This document shows, in pieces, positions 28,642-41,369 of a DNA stretch of 64,000 bases. The stretch is from assembly GCA_002245135.1 (NCBI GenBank), contig NGBS01000029.1, positions 1-64,000 of the forward strand, in the 5' to 3' direction. The position numbers and the translations under genes were made by a program. The notes under the pieces were generated by a model. It was given only the letters and a program-made list of their open reading frames with translations. It did not search any database and was not told where the DNA came from. The DNA is from Proteromonas lacertae. Its lineage: Eukaryota. Every line of letters starts with the position of its first letter. Position 1 is the stretch's first letter.

Positions 28642-28933
28642 AATGGGTATGTTGTATGTTTTATAAAACAAAACAGCATATTATATTACAAGGATAATGT
28701 TATTTTTGATACAATTAATTAGCTGTTATGCTATTTAGTTTGTGTATATGTAAATGTTTACTTGTGATATCCCCTTAGACTTATATTGCTACTATTACTA
28801 TTTTTATTATTAATTATATTTTAAATAATATTAGTAACGGATAGAATATCATTTTGAAATTGAATTTTTATCATTTTTTCTTTTGTTAGTTGGTTATTTT
28901 ATCTATTATTCATTTATTTTATTCTATTAAGCA

Positions 28934-30153
28934 ATGATACATAAAATTTACAATAGAAATTTAGTCACACTTACAAATTTTAAGAGAGGTGGTTTGATAT
29001 CAAGAAAATGCATATATGCCCAGTATAAAAAAGTATAAATTATAGTTATAAGTTTTAGAACGTGGTAAATTCATCTCCAGGTCTCTCATTTTTGTTAAAG
29101 AATGATTACATTACTTCTTCTTCATCTGGAGTTTATATATTAAACTCATTAGGAACATTCGTCGTTGATGGAATAACAACATTTATAAACGATGCAATGA
29201 AAGAAATTAATTGCGTAGAATTAAGACTACCAACTTTAATATCCAAACAATTACTTCAAAAGTCAGGAAGGTTCATCAATTTTCCAAAAGAACTATTTCA
29301 ATTTGATGTATATTAATAATTATATAAATTTCAATAGAAAAATGAAAATTTGTTATTAGCACCAACACATGAAGAAGTAATAACTGATTTAATCTCTAAA
29401 CAAAATCTATCATATAAATCAACACCTTTATTAGTATATCAAATAGGTAATAAATATCGTAATGAAGAAAGACCAAGAGGTGGATTATTAAGAACAAAAG
29501 AATTCTCAATGATGGATTTATATAGTTTTGATTCATCAGAAATAGAAGCAAAAAAAACTTATGAAATAGTATTTAATAAATTTGTGGATATATTTAATCA
29601 ATTACAATTAAATCCAATTCCAGTATATATATTATCGTTTTTATATTAAAATAATAATTGTTTAATAGTGTATAGCAAGTAATGGAAATATGGGTGGATC
29701 ATATTCACATGAATTTCAATTGATCAATAAATATGGAGAAGATAAAATATTACAATGTCCAAATTGTGGTTATTCATATAACAGTGAATTAAATGTTAAT
29801 AATTCAAATGAATGTAGTAATTGTCATAGTAAAGAAAGATTTATAGAATTAAATACTCTTGAAATTGCTCATACATTTTATTTAGATCAATATTATTCCA
29901 AAGCATTAGATTGTAAAATAAAACTACAAGATAACTCTTCGGTTTATGCATATATGTGTTGTTTTGGAATTGGAATAACGAGATTATTTCAGACATTAGC
30001 AGAAACCAATATTCAAAATAGTGGAAAGAGTTTAATTTGGCCAAGAAGAATAAATCCATTTCATGTTTGTATTTTAGTGAATAAAATTGATGATTATTTG
30101 GGGAAATTTTTACAAGAGATATGTGATTTATTATCTGTATATTTATTCTCTCT

Positions 30154-30193
<40 letters not shown>

Positions 30194-30450
30194 TTATATA
30201 TTTATATCAACAATAGACAGAAGGAATAAATGTGTTGTTGGATGATAGAGAAAATGTTTCATTTAGAAGCAAATTAGGTGAAAGTAAGATATATGGTAGT
30301 GAAATGTTAATGATAATTGGAGATAAATACAAAGAGTTAGGAATAGTAGAGATAGAGAATTGTAAATCTGGAAATAAAGCAATCATGAAAAAGTCTACAC
30401 CAACTGAAATAGTTAAATGTGTAAAACATCAATTTGAGAAAAGTAAATAG
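28934..30450 (+). CDS. PARS2: Bacterial-type (mitochondrial) prolyl-tRNA synthetase
   Basis: LAPTHEEVIT, YQIGNKYRNEERPRGGLLRTKEFSMMDLYSFD, MGGSYSHEF, MCCFGIGITR; basic N-terminal extension. Confidence 0.9.
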
Positions 30451-30550
30451 AAAGATTGTATTGTTATTGAGGTGTTTTAACAAACTGTGTTTATGAAACG
30501 ACTCATTTTTTAAATCCTTAAATTATTTCGTTTTTTTGTTTTTAGCATAG

Positions 30551-31131
30551 ATGCCTTTCTTTGGTTCTGACAGTTGGGATCCAAAGCTTATATTAGCTCA
30601 AATATGTATTGTACAGGTATAAATTGTATGAATTACTATAATAGTGTTCGATCTACCTTTTTCAAGGAATCTTCCTCCTCTTTTTTTCAACAATAATCGG
30701 CTATCAACCAACCTTATCCTTTCTTTTTTCTACTAGAGTATATTTAGTTAGTTTTATTATTCTTAGTATTTGTCATTCACAAATTCAATAGGATGGACAA
30801 TCATTTTTTCTTATATCCTAGCAGCATTTTTTGGGTATTTTTATTGTCATTATAGCGATATAGTGCTTATCTACTCTCTTTAGTTATAAAGAGAAGTGTA
30901 AAATGTGTAGATTTTACTTTAACATATTTTATATACCACATCATATTCTGTTGGATTTATGAAGTATATTATTTAGTTTTTATATCGTAGTCATTCCCTT
31001 TAAATTACATATATTGGATTGTAATTATTATATCGTTGTGTATAATGGCTTTTTTCGGTGAGAAGTTTTGTATGAGAGTTGAGTTAGAAGAAATCCCACT
31101 AGATTCACATGGAAGAGCTATAAAAGTGTAA
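30551..31131 (+). CDS. SYS1: Golgi integral membrane protein SYS1, absent from the ORF track
   Basis: Spliced exons give MPFFGSDSWDPKLILAQICIVQ..KCVDFTLT..FGEKFCMRVELEEIPL. Confidence 0.85.
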
Positions 31132-31238
31132 ATTACTCATCTTTTAAACTAATATATATGATATGCTATATTATTTGTATATTTTATTCGTAATTATACA
31201 AAATAAAAAATAAAAAACAGTATAGGAAAAGTATATAA

Positions 31239-32244
31239 TTAGATCACTGTAGAATGTGAATACACTTCCAATTGTTGTTTCCATTCACCTCTCTTCTTTC
31301 TAAACTTAGTCCTCTATAAAATTAAACATTAATTATAAATATATACAAAATCACCATCTTTTCTAAATAATTGTAGAAATTCATCTTGCCACTCATTCTG
31401 TTTTTCATCCCATTTCTTTAATGTATCTTCTATACCATGCCACTATATATATATATATATATATATAATGAATTATAAATACCCCTTTTTTAATAGTTTC
31501 TTCTAACTTAGTAGAAATCTGAATAGTCTTTTCTTTCACAAATGGAACATTCATCTCTTTTGCACTAATACCTCTTGATAAATTTCTTCTTACAAATCCA
31601 TCATAATCTCTAATTATTCTAACTATAATATCACTTGTTGAAATTCCTTCTGTTCTTTGGGTTTCATAGAATTTTCCCATCTTTCTAATATTTTCATAAA
31701 TATCATCACATCCCTCAGCTGCATAAGGCAATGAATCATGACAGACATAATCAATATTATGTTCTTCAATAAATTCGGGTGTTACAATCCAAGGACATCC
31801 TTTTATCACTTCATCTACCCATTTACAGTGACGTAAAGATTCATATCTCTCTTCATCTGTATAGACTGTTTTACCTTTCAATGAATGAGTATCTTTGTCA
31901 TTACAACAACCTACAAGTAAGTAGGTGTTTGGAAAAGCTTTTTTGCATTGTTCTAATACACGTGCATGTCCATAATGAAAAAGATCAAATATTCCATCAG
32001 CATATAATCGAATAACTCTGTCAGATTGTTTATCTTTTTCAATTTTTGCTTTCAACTCTTCTGCTGTCTAATATATAATTTAATTTTCAATACATAAATA
32101 TGTTTTGCTTCTTTTGAAGATCTATTTATAAAAGAGTATATACTAAGATTATACGGTTCCTCTTGTTTTGCTTCGTCACTTTCAGATTGACGTTTACGCT
32201 ATTGACCATTATCATAATCTATATACTTTCTGTGATTTTGGCAT
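31239..32244 (-). CDS. PCYT1: Choline-phosphate cytidylyltransferase
   Basis: [43 protein letters not shown]. Confidence 0.93.
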
Positions 32245-32338
32245 AAATTCAAAATAAAATTATTTAATACACTTACAATACACTGTATTACAAAAAAACT
32301 ATCAGTTAACTAGCTGTTGATATTTTCACATTTTAAAA

Positions 32339-33977
32339 ATGAGCGACATAGTGCCTTTTTCAGGGATTGGAGATATTGCAGTTCCTGATATCCAAGCTTT
32401 AGCTGTAGATACAGCTAATCAACTTCACAAGATATGGGATTCAATTGGTATAGAGTTTCTATTTTATTATGTATCTAGGTGAAATCTCATATACATCCAG
32501 AAAAGAAATATTACAAAAAATGTTGAGTCAATTACCTTTAGTATTCTCTATAAAGATCAAAGAAGAAATTCAGATTAAAAAGAAGATAGAAACTGAAATA
32601 GATGAAGTTTTATCGAATATTCGATCAGTTTGTGAGAAAATGGACTTAGATGTTCTTTCTGTCATTTATCCCAATCAACGTTTGTCATTAGTAGAACAAA
32701 GTTTACAAGATCAAATACCATTAAAAATACGACTGGAAAATATGAAGCTAAGATTAAAAGAAGTTGAAGAAAAATTTGAAAAAATGAAAACAGATTTATC
32801 AGATAGAGTTTTGATGATTAAAGAATTATGCAAATCAATTGGTGAAGAAATAACTCCAGATTTATTAGAGACAGTATACACTGAAGAAAGAATAAACCAA
32901 TTAGATTCAGAAATCAAAAGGTTGCAAGTAGAAAAAGAATCAAGAGTTATTCAAACAGATGAATTAATTCAAGAATTATCTTCATTATTGATAATACTTC
33001 AAATGAATCCATCTGATGATTTAGAAAAAGCAATTATAGAGCATGATACAAAGAATATAATCTATTCAGCAGAAACAATACAAAAATTAAAAAACAAAAT
33101 AAATGATTATAATACACTTCAAGCATGTAGAGAACAAGAAATCAATGATATTATGGATGAAATAAATCATTTATGGGAAGTTCTAGAAGTAACAGAAGAT
33201 GAACAAATTGAATTTTTAAATTCTAATTCTGGTTTAGGAACAGATACAATAGACAATGTATTAATAGTTTTATAATTATTTCTTTTATAGTATAAAAATG
33301 AATGTAAAAGATTAAATGAGTTGAAAGTAACAAAATTAGAAGAACTTATACTAGCTAGAAGAAATGCAATTGTTGAACTAACAAATGAAATGGAAATGGA
33401 TATAAGAGATTTGTGTGAAAAATATCCAGTAATAAATGTAGCAAATGAAGAATTTAATGAAGATGTGTTAGAACAACATTGTAAAATTATTGATGTATTA
33501 AAGAAGAGACAAGAAAGATTAACACCAATATTAAAAGAAATTGAGAAATATGAAGGATTATTGAAAGATAGAGATGATTATGAAGCTTTAATATCTGATA
33601 CAACAAGATACACATCAAGAAAAAGTGTATATAATTTTAAACATGAAGAAAAACTTAGAAAGAAAGTTCAGAATGAATTACCTAAAGCATTTGAGCAATT
33701 GAAAAGTGACTTGCAAAAATGGGAAGAAACTGAGGGGTCATTCATTTATGAAGGAAAAGATTATTTAGAATCAATAATTGAAGATGAAAAACAAAGAGAA
33801 ATTGCTAGAAAAGAAAGAAAAGCAAATAGAGGTAAATCTGTTGATAATACTAAGAATAACAATAATAATAGTGCTTTAAAACCAATAAATGGAAGATCAA
33901 TGTCAGCACTGAAAAGAAAACCAAAATCAACTAATCAAACAGAAAAAGAGAATTTGGTTAAAACAACAAGAAAATAG
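32339..33977 (+). CDS. PRC1: MAP65/Ase1/PRC1 microtubule bundling protein
   Basis: Long coiled coil with LWDxI-type repeats; DTTRYTSRK..EEKLRKKVQNELPK..LQKWEETEGSFIYEGKDY. Confidence 0.82.
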
Positions 33978-34567
33978 TTACTTTTTAAGTTAATAAGAGA
34001 TAATTTTCCTTCGTTTTAGTGCAAATTTAGAATTAATTGATTATTAACAGGGTTGAATAAATCGGTCATAACCTTTCGGTAAAACCTATTTGTCGTAGTC
34101 TTTCAAAATTACACTGACCAACAGTGAGCTCTTTTATAGTATGTGTTTCTAATCATAAAATCATGTACATTAACAAAATATAAACATATATATATCATAC
34201 TATAAAATAAATAATTAACCGAGGTTGATGAGTTTTTACTATTCTTGAAATTTAATTTTATACTTTTGCAATGAGTAATACTATCATGTTCTACAATTAA
34301 TATATGTTTTACAATCATTTAGAGTGAATTGTTGTGATATCAGCACTATATATGCTGCTTAATTTAACTTCTGATAATGTTAGAAACATATGTAGAGGTG
34401 TACTTAGTCAAGTTTGTCTATGTCAGGTTATGTTGAATAATAAAAGGAGATATCAATTAATATTTATTAAGGAGTGAAAATAGAAGAGAAGTATGGTAAT
34501 TGATATTAGTATTAATTTTAGTGGAATTAGAAGAATATAGGTCATAAAAACAGTAATTAATTACGAC

Positions 34568-37500
34568 TTATTGAGTTTTAACATTACAATATTCTTGTGA
34601 TAATTCTTTCTTTTCTTCTTCTGATATTCCATCTAATTTAATAATTCCAAGTGATGAAAATGTTTTTAAGAATGATTTTAATTATGTTTTATCTATATTC
34701 TCTTTCACTGATATTGATAATTCATGTAAATCATTAAATACTTCTTTGTTTTCTTTCATTAATCTTAATTCTCTTTCATTTAATTCATTTTCTGATAGAT
34801 TTATTATCTTCAATGGTTTATAATCTTTTAACCTTTTTATTAACATTTTTAATCCTTTTTCACTTATTCCAGTATCTATACACAACATAATAATTACATT
34901 CATAAAATACTTGAAAGATTTATTGTTGAGGAGTAATAAACAAATTTATCTATATATCTACATATTATCTCTATTCCTTCATCTCCAATTGGATTGTTAA
35001 ATATTGAAATGCACCATACTTCTTTTGATAAACAATCTGTTATTTCTTTTAAGCCTTTATAGCTAATGTGATTATTAGATAAATCAAGATTACCACGATG
35101 AATCTGTTTGATTAATGAAATGTGAGAATCGTTGATATTCATATCTATTTCATAAAAGAAATTACTATTTAATACTTGAAAAATCATGTTCACCATACCA
35201 ACTCTCTCTTGGCTTTTTTACACTATAATCCAAATAATATTCCAATTCTTCATTATTCCATGATTCATTTTTCATTTCAATAAATGGATATTTTGCATCT
35301 CCTAATGATTTTGGACATATTGATTTTAATCCATTCATTCTGATATTATTTTCATTCAGATTTATTATTTTGTAATATTCAATTGAATCTAACTTATTTG
35401 TTAATAATGTCACACTTTTATCATTTATCGAGATATTACTTAAATTTATTTCATTGCCATATTTTAACATGATTAAATTATTCTCTAATAACATAAATCC
35501 ATCATTACCAATAGGATTATCTATTAAGAATATAATATATATTTATACTGTCAATGATTAACCTTTGAATTTTATTCTTCTCTTTCTCATAATTCATCAA
35601 AGATTCTATTCCTAATGAATCTATTCTATTATCACTTATGTTAAGTAATCTGATCTTTTCATCAATATTCACTAAACCATCTAATAAATACTTCAATCCA
35701 TCTGAAGATAATCCCATTTCTATTACATAATAAATAATAGATAATATACTTGAACAATTCATTACATTATAATCATTTTTTAACAATTGTAAGTGTGGAG
35801 ATAAGATTCTCATTCCTTCATCTCCTATTTTGTTTTCATATATCTGAAGTTTTTCAAGACTTGGAAATGAAGATAAATGGTTAATCAGTATTTCTATGCT
35901 TTTATTTGTTAGTTTATTATCTAAATAATTGAATAATATTAAAATATACTACTCAAATCCAACTCATTTATTTCTTTTAATTCATTCAATCTTAATAAAA
36001 TGAATGATTGAAAAATATCATCATCAATTTCACAATTTTTTAGAGATAATCTATTATTACGATAATCTTTGATGTATTTGATTAATTTTGGAATGTTTTT
36101 ATCAATCAGCAATTCTTTACTTCCATTAAAATAAAATCTGACTTTTGAAATTGGAAATTTGGAGAATAAGGCTTTTAATCCTTTTGAATGAATATTCTTG
36201 TTTCGTCTAATATCTATTTCATTAAGTTTGGGGTATTTATATAACTCTTCTGATAATAACATCATTGATTCATCACTTAAATTCATATTGTGAAGATCTA
36301 ATTCATTATCTTTGTTGTATATGAAAAAACGTAAATATGGAAGTAATAATTTTAATGTTGTTGGACCAACTCCATAATCTATTTCAATACAATAATATTA
36401 ATATAATATACATGGAATATGCATATGTTTACCACCATATAAATACAATTCTTGAAGATTTGATAATTCAATAAAATATGATAAGAAACAAATTTGAAAT
36501 TGATTTGGAATATTTATATCTAAATAAATATAAATGATTAGAGTAATACCAAATTGGAGTGCTTTTGGATTCATTAGTTTTAGCATTCTAAACAAATAAT
36601 TAATACCTTCTTCACATAAACAAACACACTTTGAATGAATATCCACTTTTTCATCATTATAACTATTGATATTAAATATCATTTCATCTAAATAATATTC
36701 TTTTCTATTTTTACATTGGTGTTTAATTTGAAACTTCAGTCTATCTTGTATTATTTTATCTCTATTATAAAACTTTATCATCAATAATATTGACAGCATT
36801 CTCTCATTTGCTTTGCTGTTGTAAGATACTATCATACTATCTCTGATCTCTTCATTCTTGTTATATTTGACATAATAGTCTCTCTGAATATCAAATGGAG
36901 TTATTTCTATTGAATAATCACCATTATATAATATTTCTTTTCTTTCTTCACATATCATCATGTTATTGTCATGATCTCTCAATACCTCACTCATTTTTGT
37001 CATTTCTTTTTTTAACTCTTTCAAACACAGTCTATCTTCACTTTTTACTTTTAACATTCTTTCTATCATCTCTTTCATTTCATCATCACAATTTATATCT
37101 AAACTGTATTTACATCTCAGGATATTATTCATTGTTTTCATAATATTATTATCTTCATTGAATGGTAATTTCTTACAAATCATTTCATATAATATACAAC
37201 CAATTGACCAAATCATACTTTTATCATTACACTCTAATCCACTCAGTTCTTCTGGGCTTTCATAATTTATATCATATACTCTATTTTCATCATCTTTTCT
37301 CAATAAATTCAAGAATAAATCACACATCTTTACATTGTTATTACCATCATATATTATGTTGCTACTCTTCAAATTGCTAACCACAAGGTTATAGCCACAT
37401 AATATATCACATATATCACATATTGAACACATCATACTACAAATGTCACTTCTTGACAAGAATTTACTTTTAATTAACTCTTCTAAATCCACTACATAGT

Positions 37501-37813
37501 ATTCTCTTCTTAACAACATCAGATTACTACCGATTATCTCACAACTCGAAGGATAGGTCATCTTTATACAACATTCAGATAATAGTGAGTTTTTTTCCAA
37601 GAATTCTTTTATTCCACTCTCTTTAATATCTTCTAAATTTAATATCTTAACCCTTTTTACATCATTTTGATGCTCTATTACGAAACCAACTTCTTTCTTA
37701 CACTTTTATATACTTTCTTTTATCTATTGCATATAAATCAATTAATATACTTCAACTTCACATAATAATAATGAATTCATATAGTTATTGATGAAGGAAT
37801 CGAAGAAAAACAT
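34568..37813 (-). pseudogene. Pseudokinase-LRR paralog with two in-frame TAA codons
   Basis: Colinear with 3900-7247, including intron positions. TAA at 37706-37708 and 34682-34684 where paralogs have GAA. Confidence 0.75.
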
Positions 37814-38277
37814 TTTCAAAATATATAGTCGTTTCAAATTTAGAATTTATTTTGAATGAAGTTGATTATCTTGATGAGTTTAATGTGTATTGTATTTTCA
37901 ATACCATGTAGTTATGAAAGATCATCTAGTTATGATAATATCAGTGTTTAATACTTATTTTGATGTTATTAGGTGATATATTTGTAACTGAACACATGTT
38001 ATGTTAAGGTCAAAATGAGAAATTAATAATTGGATTCTTTTTGATTTAGTTGAATTATACATAGGATGCGGTATGTGAGATTTACAACAAGGAATGGGAT
38101 AGATGAATATAAATCTCACTATTCAAACGTAGATGGCTTGGAACATATGAAATATCATAGAAGAAGAGGTATTTTAAGAAGAGGTAATAGAAAGATAAAA
38201 TTGATGTAACGTGTAGAAGAATTATCGTGTATAATTCTTATTGTTAACCACTCTTTCGTGACTGTTTATATTTATTA

Positions 38278-40374
38278 ATGAAGATTATTTATCTATTTTT
38301 CATTATTTTGTCTTTAAGTTCTGTTAAGGCTTTAGATGATACATTAAACATGTATTTTGATTTGGAAGGAGTATTTCCTGATTTTCAGACTGAACTACAA
38401 ATTATGAGTGCAGGCAGATTCAACTCTGAAGTAGCAAAATTTGCAAATAGTTTTGCAATACCCACTAATGTTTCAAGATGCAAACTGAGATGGCATGCAG
38501 GTGAAGGTAAAGGCACTACTTATAAAGGCAAAAGTTATAGCAGATCAGCCAGAAAATTTAGGTATTGCTTTAGATATACCCTCAAAAGGCAGTGTTACAA
38601 CCTACGTACAAGAGTATAGTAATTACTCGTTATTTTGATAGATTTTTTATTTATTTCACTTGCCATCAGTTAGGAACATATAAAATGACATTGAAACTTC
38701 AATTTTTTAATAAAGATGGAACAGAAGAATATGAAGGATTTGAAATTTACCCAAGTCACATATGTTCGCAAATAGGTATTGTGATTGTTATTTTATTTTA
38801 TGTATAGATTATGATCCTTGTACTTATTATCATGATTCAATCCCAGCTAGAAAGAGATCTACAATAGAATTTACAAGTGTTAATCTTCAACCTTATGATG
38901 TTGATACGATTGAAAGATTTAAGACTATTTATGACAATTTATATAGTACTACTACAGTATTATCCATTCAAGGAGCTACAAATGATGTAAGAGAACAACT
39001 TACACAAACTGTTTTAAATACATATAAATATAGAATTCCCTATCCACATAAAAAGGATGAAGAACAATCTGCACCACTTTATTTGATGAGTGCAAATCCA
39101 ATTTATACTTGTAATTATTTTGAATTTGATGAAAATCATGAATATGGTGCTGTTATTGCTGGTATAGCGATGGGTGAAAATAGAATTGTATTTGTGATTA
39201 ATGCTTTTATTTCCTCCACTTGTAGAAGATAATTATGAAGCAGTAATAAAACAAGTTACAGAAGAATTAGATAATACAGTAACTGCTTTTATGAAAGATC
39301 ATCCAAAATATTTTGTTGATGGTTACTTTATGGGTGATGTGAATTTTGATACTGATTTTGAAATTACATATATGAAAGAATTAAATTCTACAATTGGAGA
39401 AATTATAGGCGCAAATCATCCTGGAAATGGTATAGTATTAGGATATAATAAGAAAACAGCTAATACTACAGTTACTTCATATCAGACAAAAACGTATATA
39501 TAAGCATAATATTATTATATCTTATAGAATTGGTAATAAAAATTATACATATGATGAAGGTTATTTTATTGGTGCAGTAAAGGATGGCGCTCTTGTAACA
39601 AAAACAAGTTTGGGGCAAGATCCAGTATATGATGATACTACTGAAAAACCAACAACTCTAAAACCAACAATATCAAATCCATCTACACTAAATCCAACTA
39701 CATCAAATCCAACTACATCATCAAATCCAACCACCCCTGAAACTACAACAATGAAACCTACAACAATCATTCCAACAACAATAAAACCAACAACACCAAT
39801 ACCAATTAAAGTAATTAGTATTGAAATAAGAATTTCCAATATTAACAAGAATATAACATCTGAATTAAATGAGAATGATATGAATATTATGAAAGATTCA
39901 ATAATCGAAATCTACAAAGAAAAGAATGTATTATTAACAAGAAAAGATATTGAAATATTTATGTATAATAATGATAAAAAACTGCGAGGATTAGAAAATG
40001 AAATAAGTATTGAAGTAGTAGTGACTGTTCCTGAAGAATCAACCACAGATGAAATTAAAAATATAGCAGAAGAATTGATGAATAATAATCAATTAAACGA
40101 AGTTATTAAAAGAAAATGTGGTGAATCTAAAACAACAATATTTAAAGATGCAGATATTGAAGTGATAAATGTAGATGATAAACAAATAAATCCAACTGAA
40201 GATGGTTTATCCACAGTTATCTTAATAGGAATAATAGCTGGAGCAGTAATAATAATTATACTAATAGTTGTAATTGTTGGGTGTATGTTATGTCGATGTA
40301 GAAAACGTGAATCTCATTCATCCAAACCTAAATCTACTAAACCTAAACCAACAGCTAAGAAGGGAGTTGAATGA
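38278..40374 (+). CDS. Type I surface protein: signal peptide - WIF-like domain - degenerate EEP-like domain - PTT stalk - SEA-like domain - TM; two one-base frameshifts
   Basis: Introns 38614-38641, 38776-38807 and 39494-39527; extra base at about 38524-38528 and 39205-39208; TM followed by CRCRK. Confidence 0.7.
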
Positions 40375-40662
40375 ATATATTACATATAGTACATAATTTA
40401 AATATTTACACCTGAGTTAGGCAAAGGAAGTCCTTTTTGTAATAAATAGTAAAAATAATCATTCACTAAGCAATATATATCAATATAATGAATTATACTC
40501 TTGCCCTACTGTAAAATTAACAATAATATATATTATTTTTCAATTAAACTATTTTATTAATATATTGTCATTGTATTTAATTATTTTCGCTCATTTTTAA
40601 TCCAATCTTATATCTAATTAACAATAATAATATTTACTTCTCGTTATTTCAATATTTTGACA

Positions 40663-40830
40663 ATGTCATTAACAACGAGAGTAAGAGATAAGGTTTGGAG
40701 TTATTTTGATTTAAAAGAAAATAAAATAATACAATGCAAGAAATGTCGTAGATCTGTACTCACAAGATCAACGCAACTGAAACAGCATCGCAATTATTGT
40801 GAAAAGAATAAATCACACAAACAAAAATAA
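40663..40830 (+). mobile_element. BED zinc-finger mini-ORF, probable hAT transposase remnant
   Basis: 55 aa: RDKVWSYF..IQCKKCRR..STQLKQHRNYC; acidic coding-like remnant at about 41075-41190. Confidence 0.65.
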
Positions 40831-41369
40831 CAGAAAATAATTATTTGAATATCGTTTTGAAGAAAGTGGATAATTTAAAACACTATTAAGTCAATTAAGT
40901 CATTCAAATAATGTAATAATACCTTCAGCCAAAAAAATAAAAGATATGAATAAGTAAGTAAAGGAGAAATATAAACATAAGAAATAGATTAAGTATAATT
41001 ACAATTAACAACATATTATGTATTAAATTCTATTTATTAACTGAAAAAAGAAAAAAAGAAAATATCGCTCATTTAGAGGAGGAGAATGAAATTGACGGAG
41101 AAAGTGATGAAGATATAGATAGAATAAATGATGAAGAAATAGAAGGAGAAATTAATGTAAAATTTTCGAAAAAGAAGAAGATGAAGTAGAAGAAGTAAAT
41201 ATTTAACATGGCAGTCATTGTTAATGATTATTAATTACTAAATACTACCATATAGTTTATATTGTTTCTCTTTTACACAATTTTAATCTTTCTTTGTAAA
41301 TATGTATTTAAAACACTAAAAAATTAATATGAATAATAATAACTAGATATATAACAATCATCTTATAGT

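Noticed and set aside
34020..34440. Intergenic stretch with short inverted matches (CATAACCT/AGGTTATG) and a 69-aa ORF
   Set aside because: No TSD, extended TIR or protein motif; too weak to call.
38507..38534. 28-nt GT..AG intron as an alternative to the first frameshift in the WIF-like gene
   Set aside because: It restores the frame but ends in AAG, is GC-richer than other introns and removes a strand that aligns with WIF; disfavoured, not excluded.
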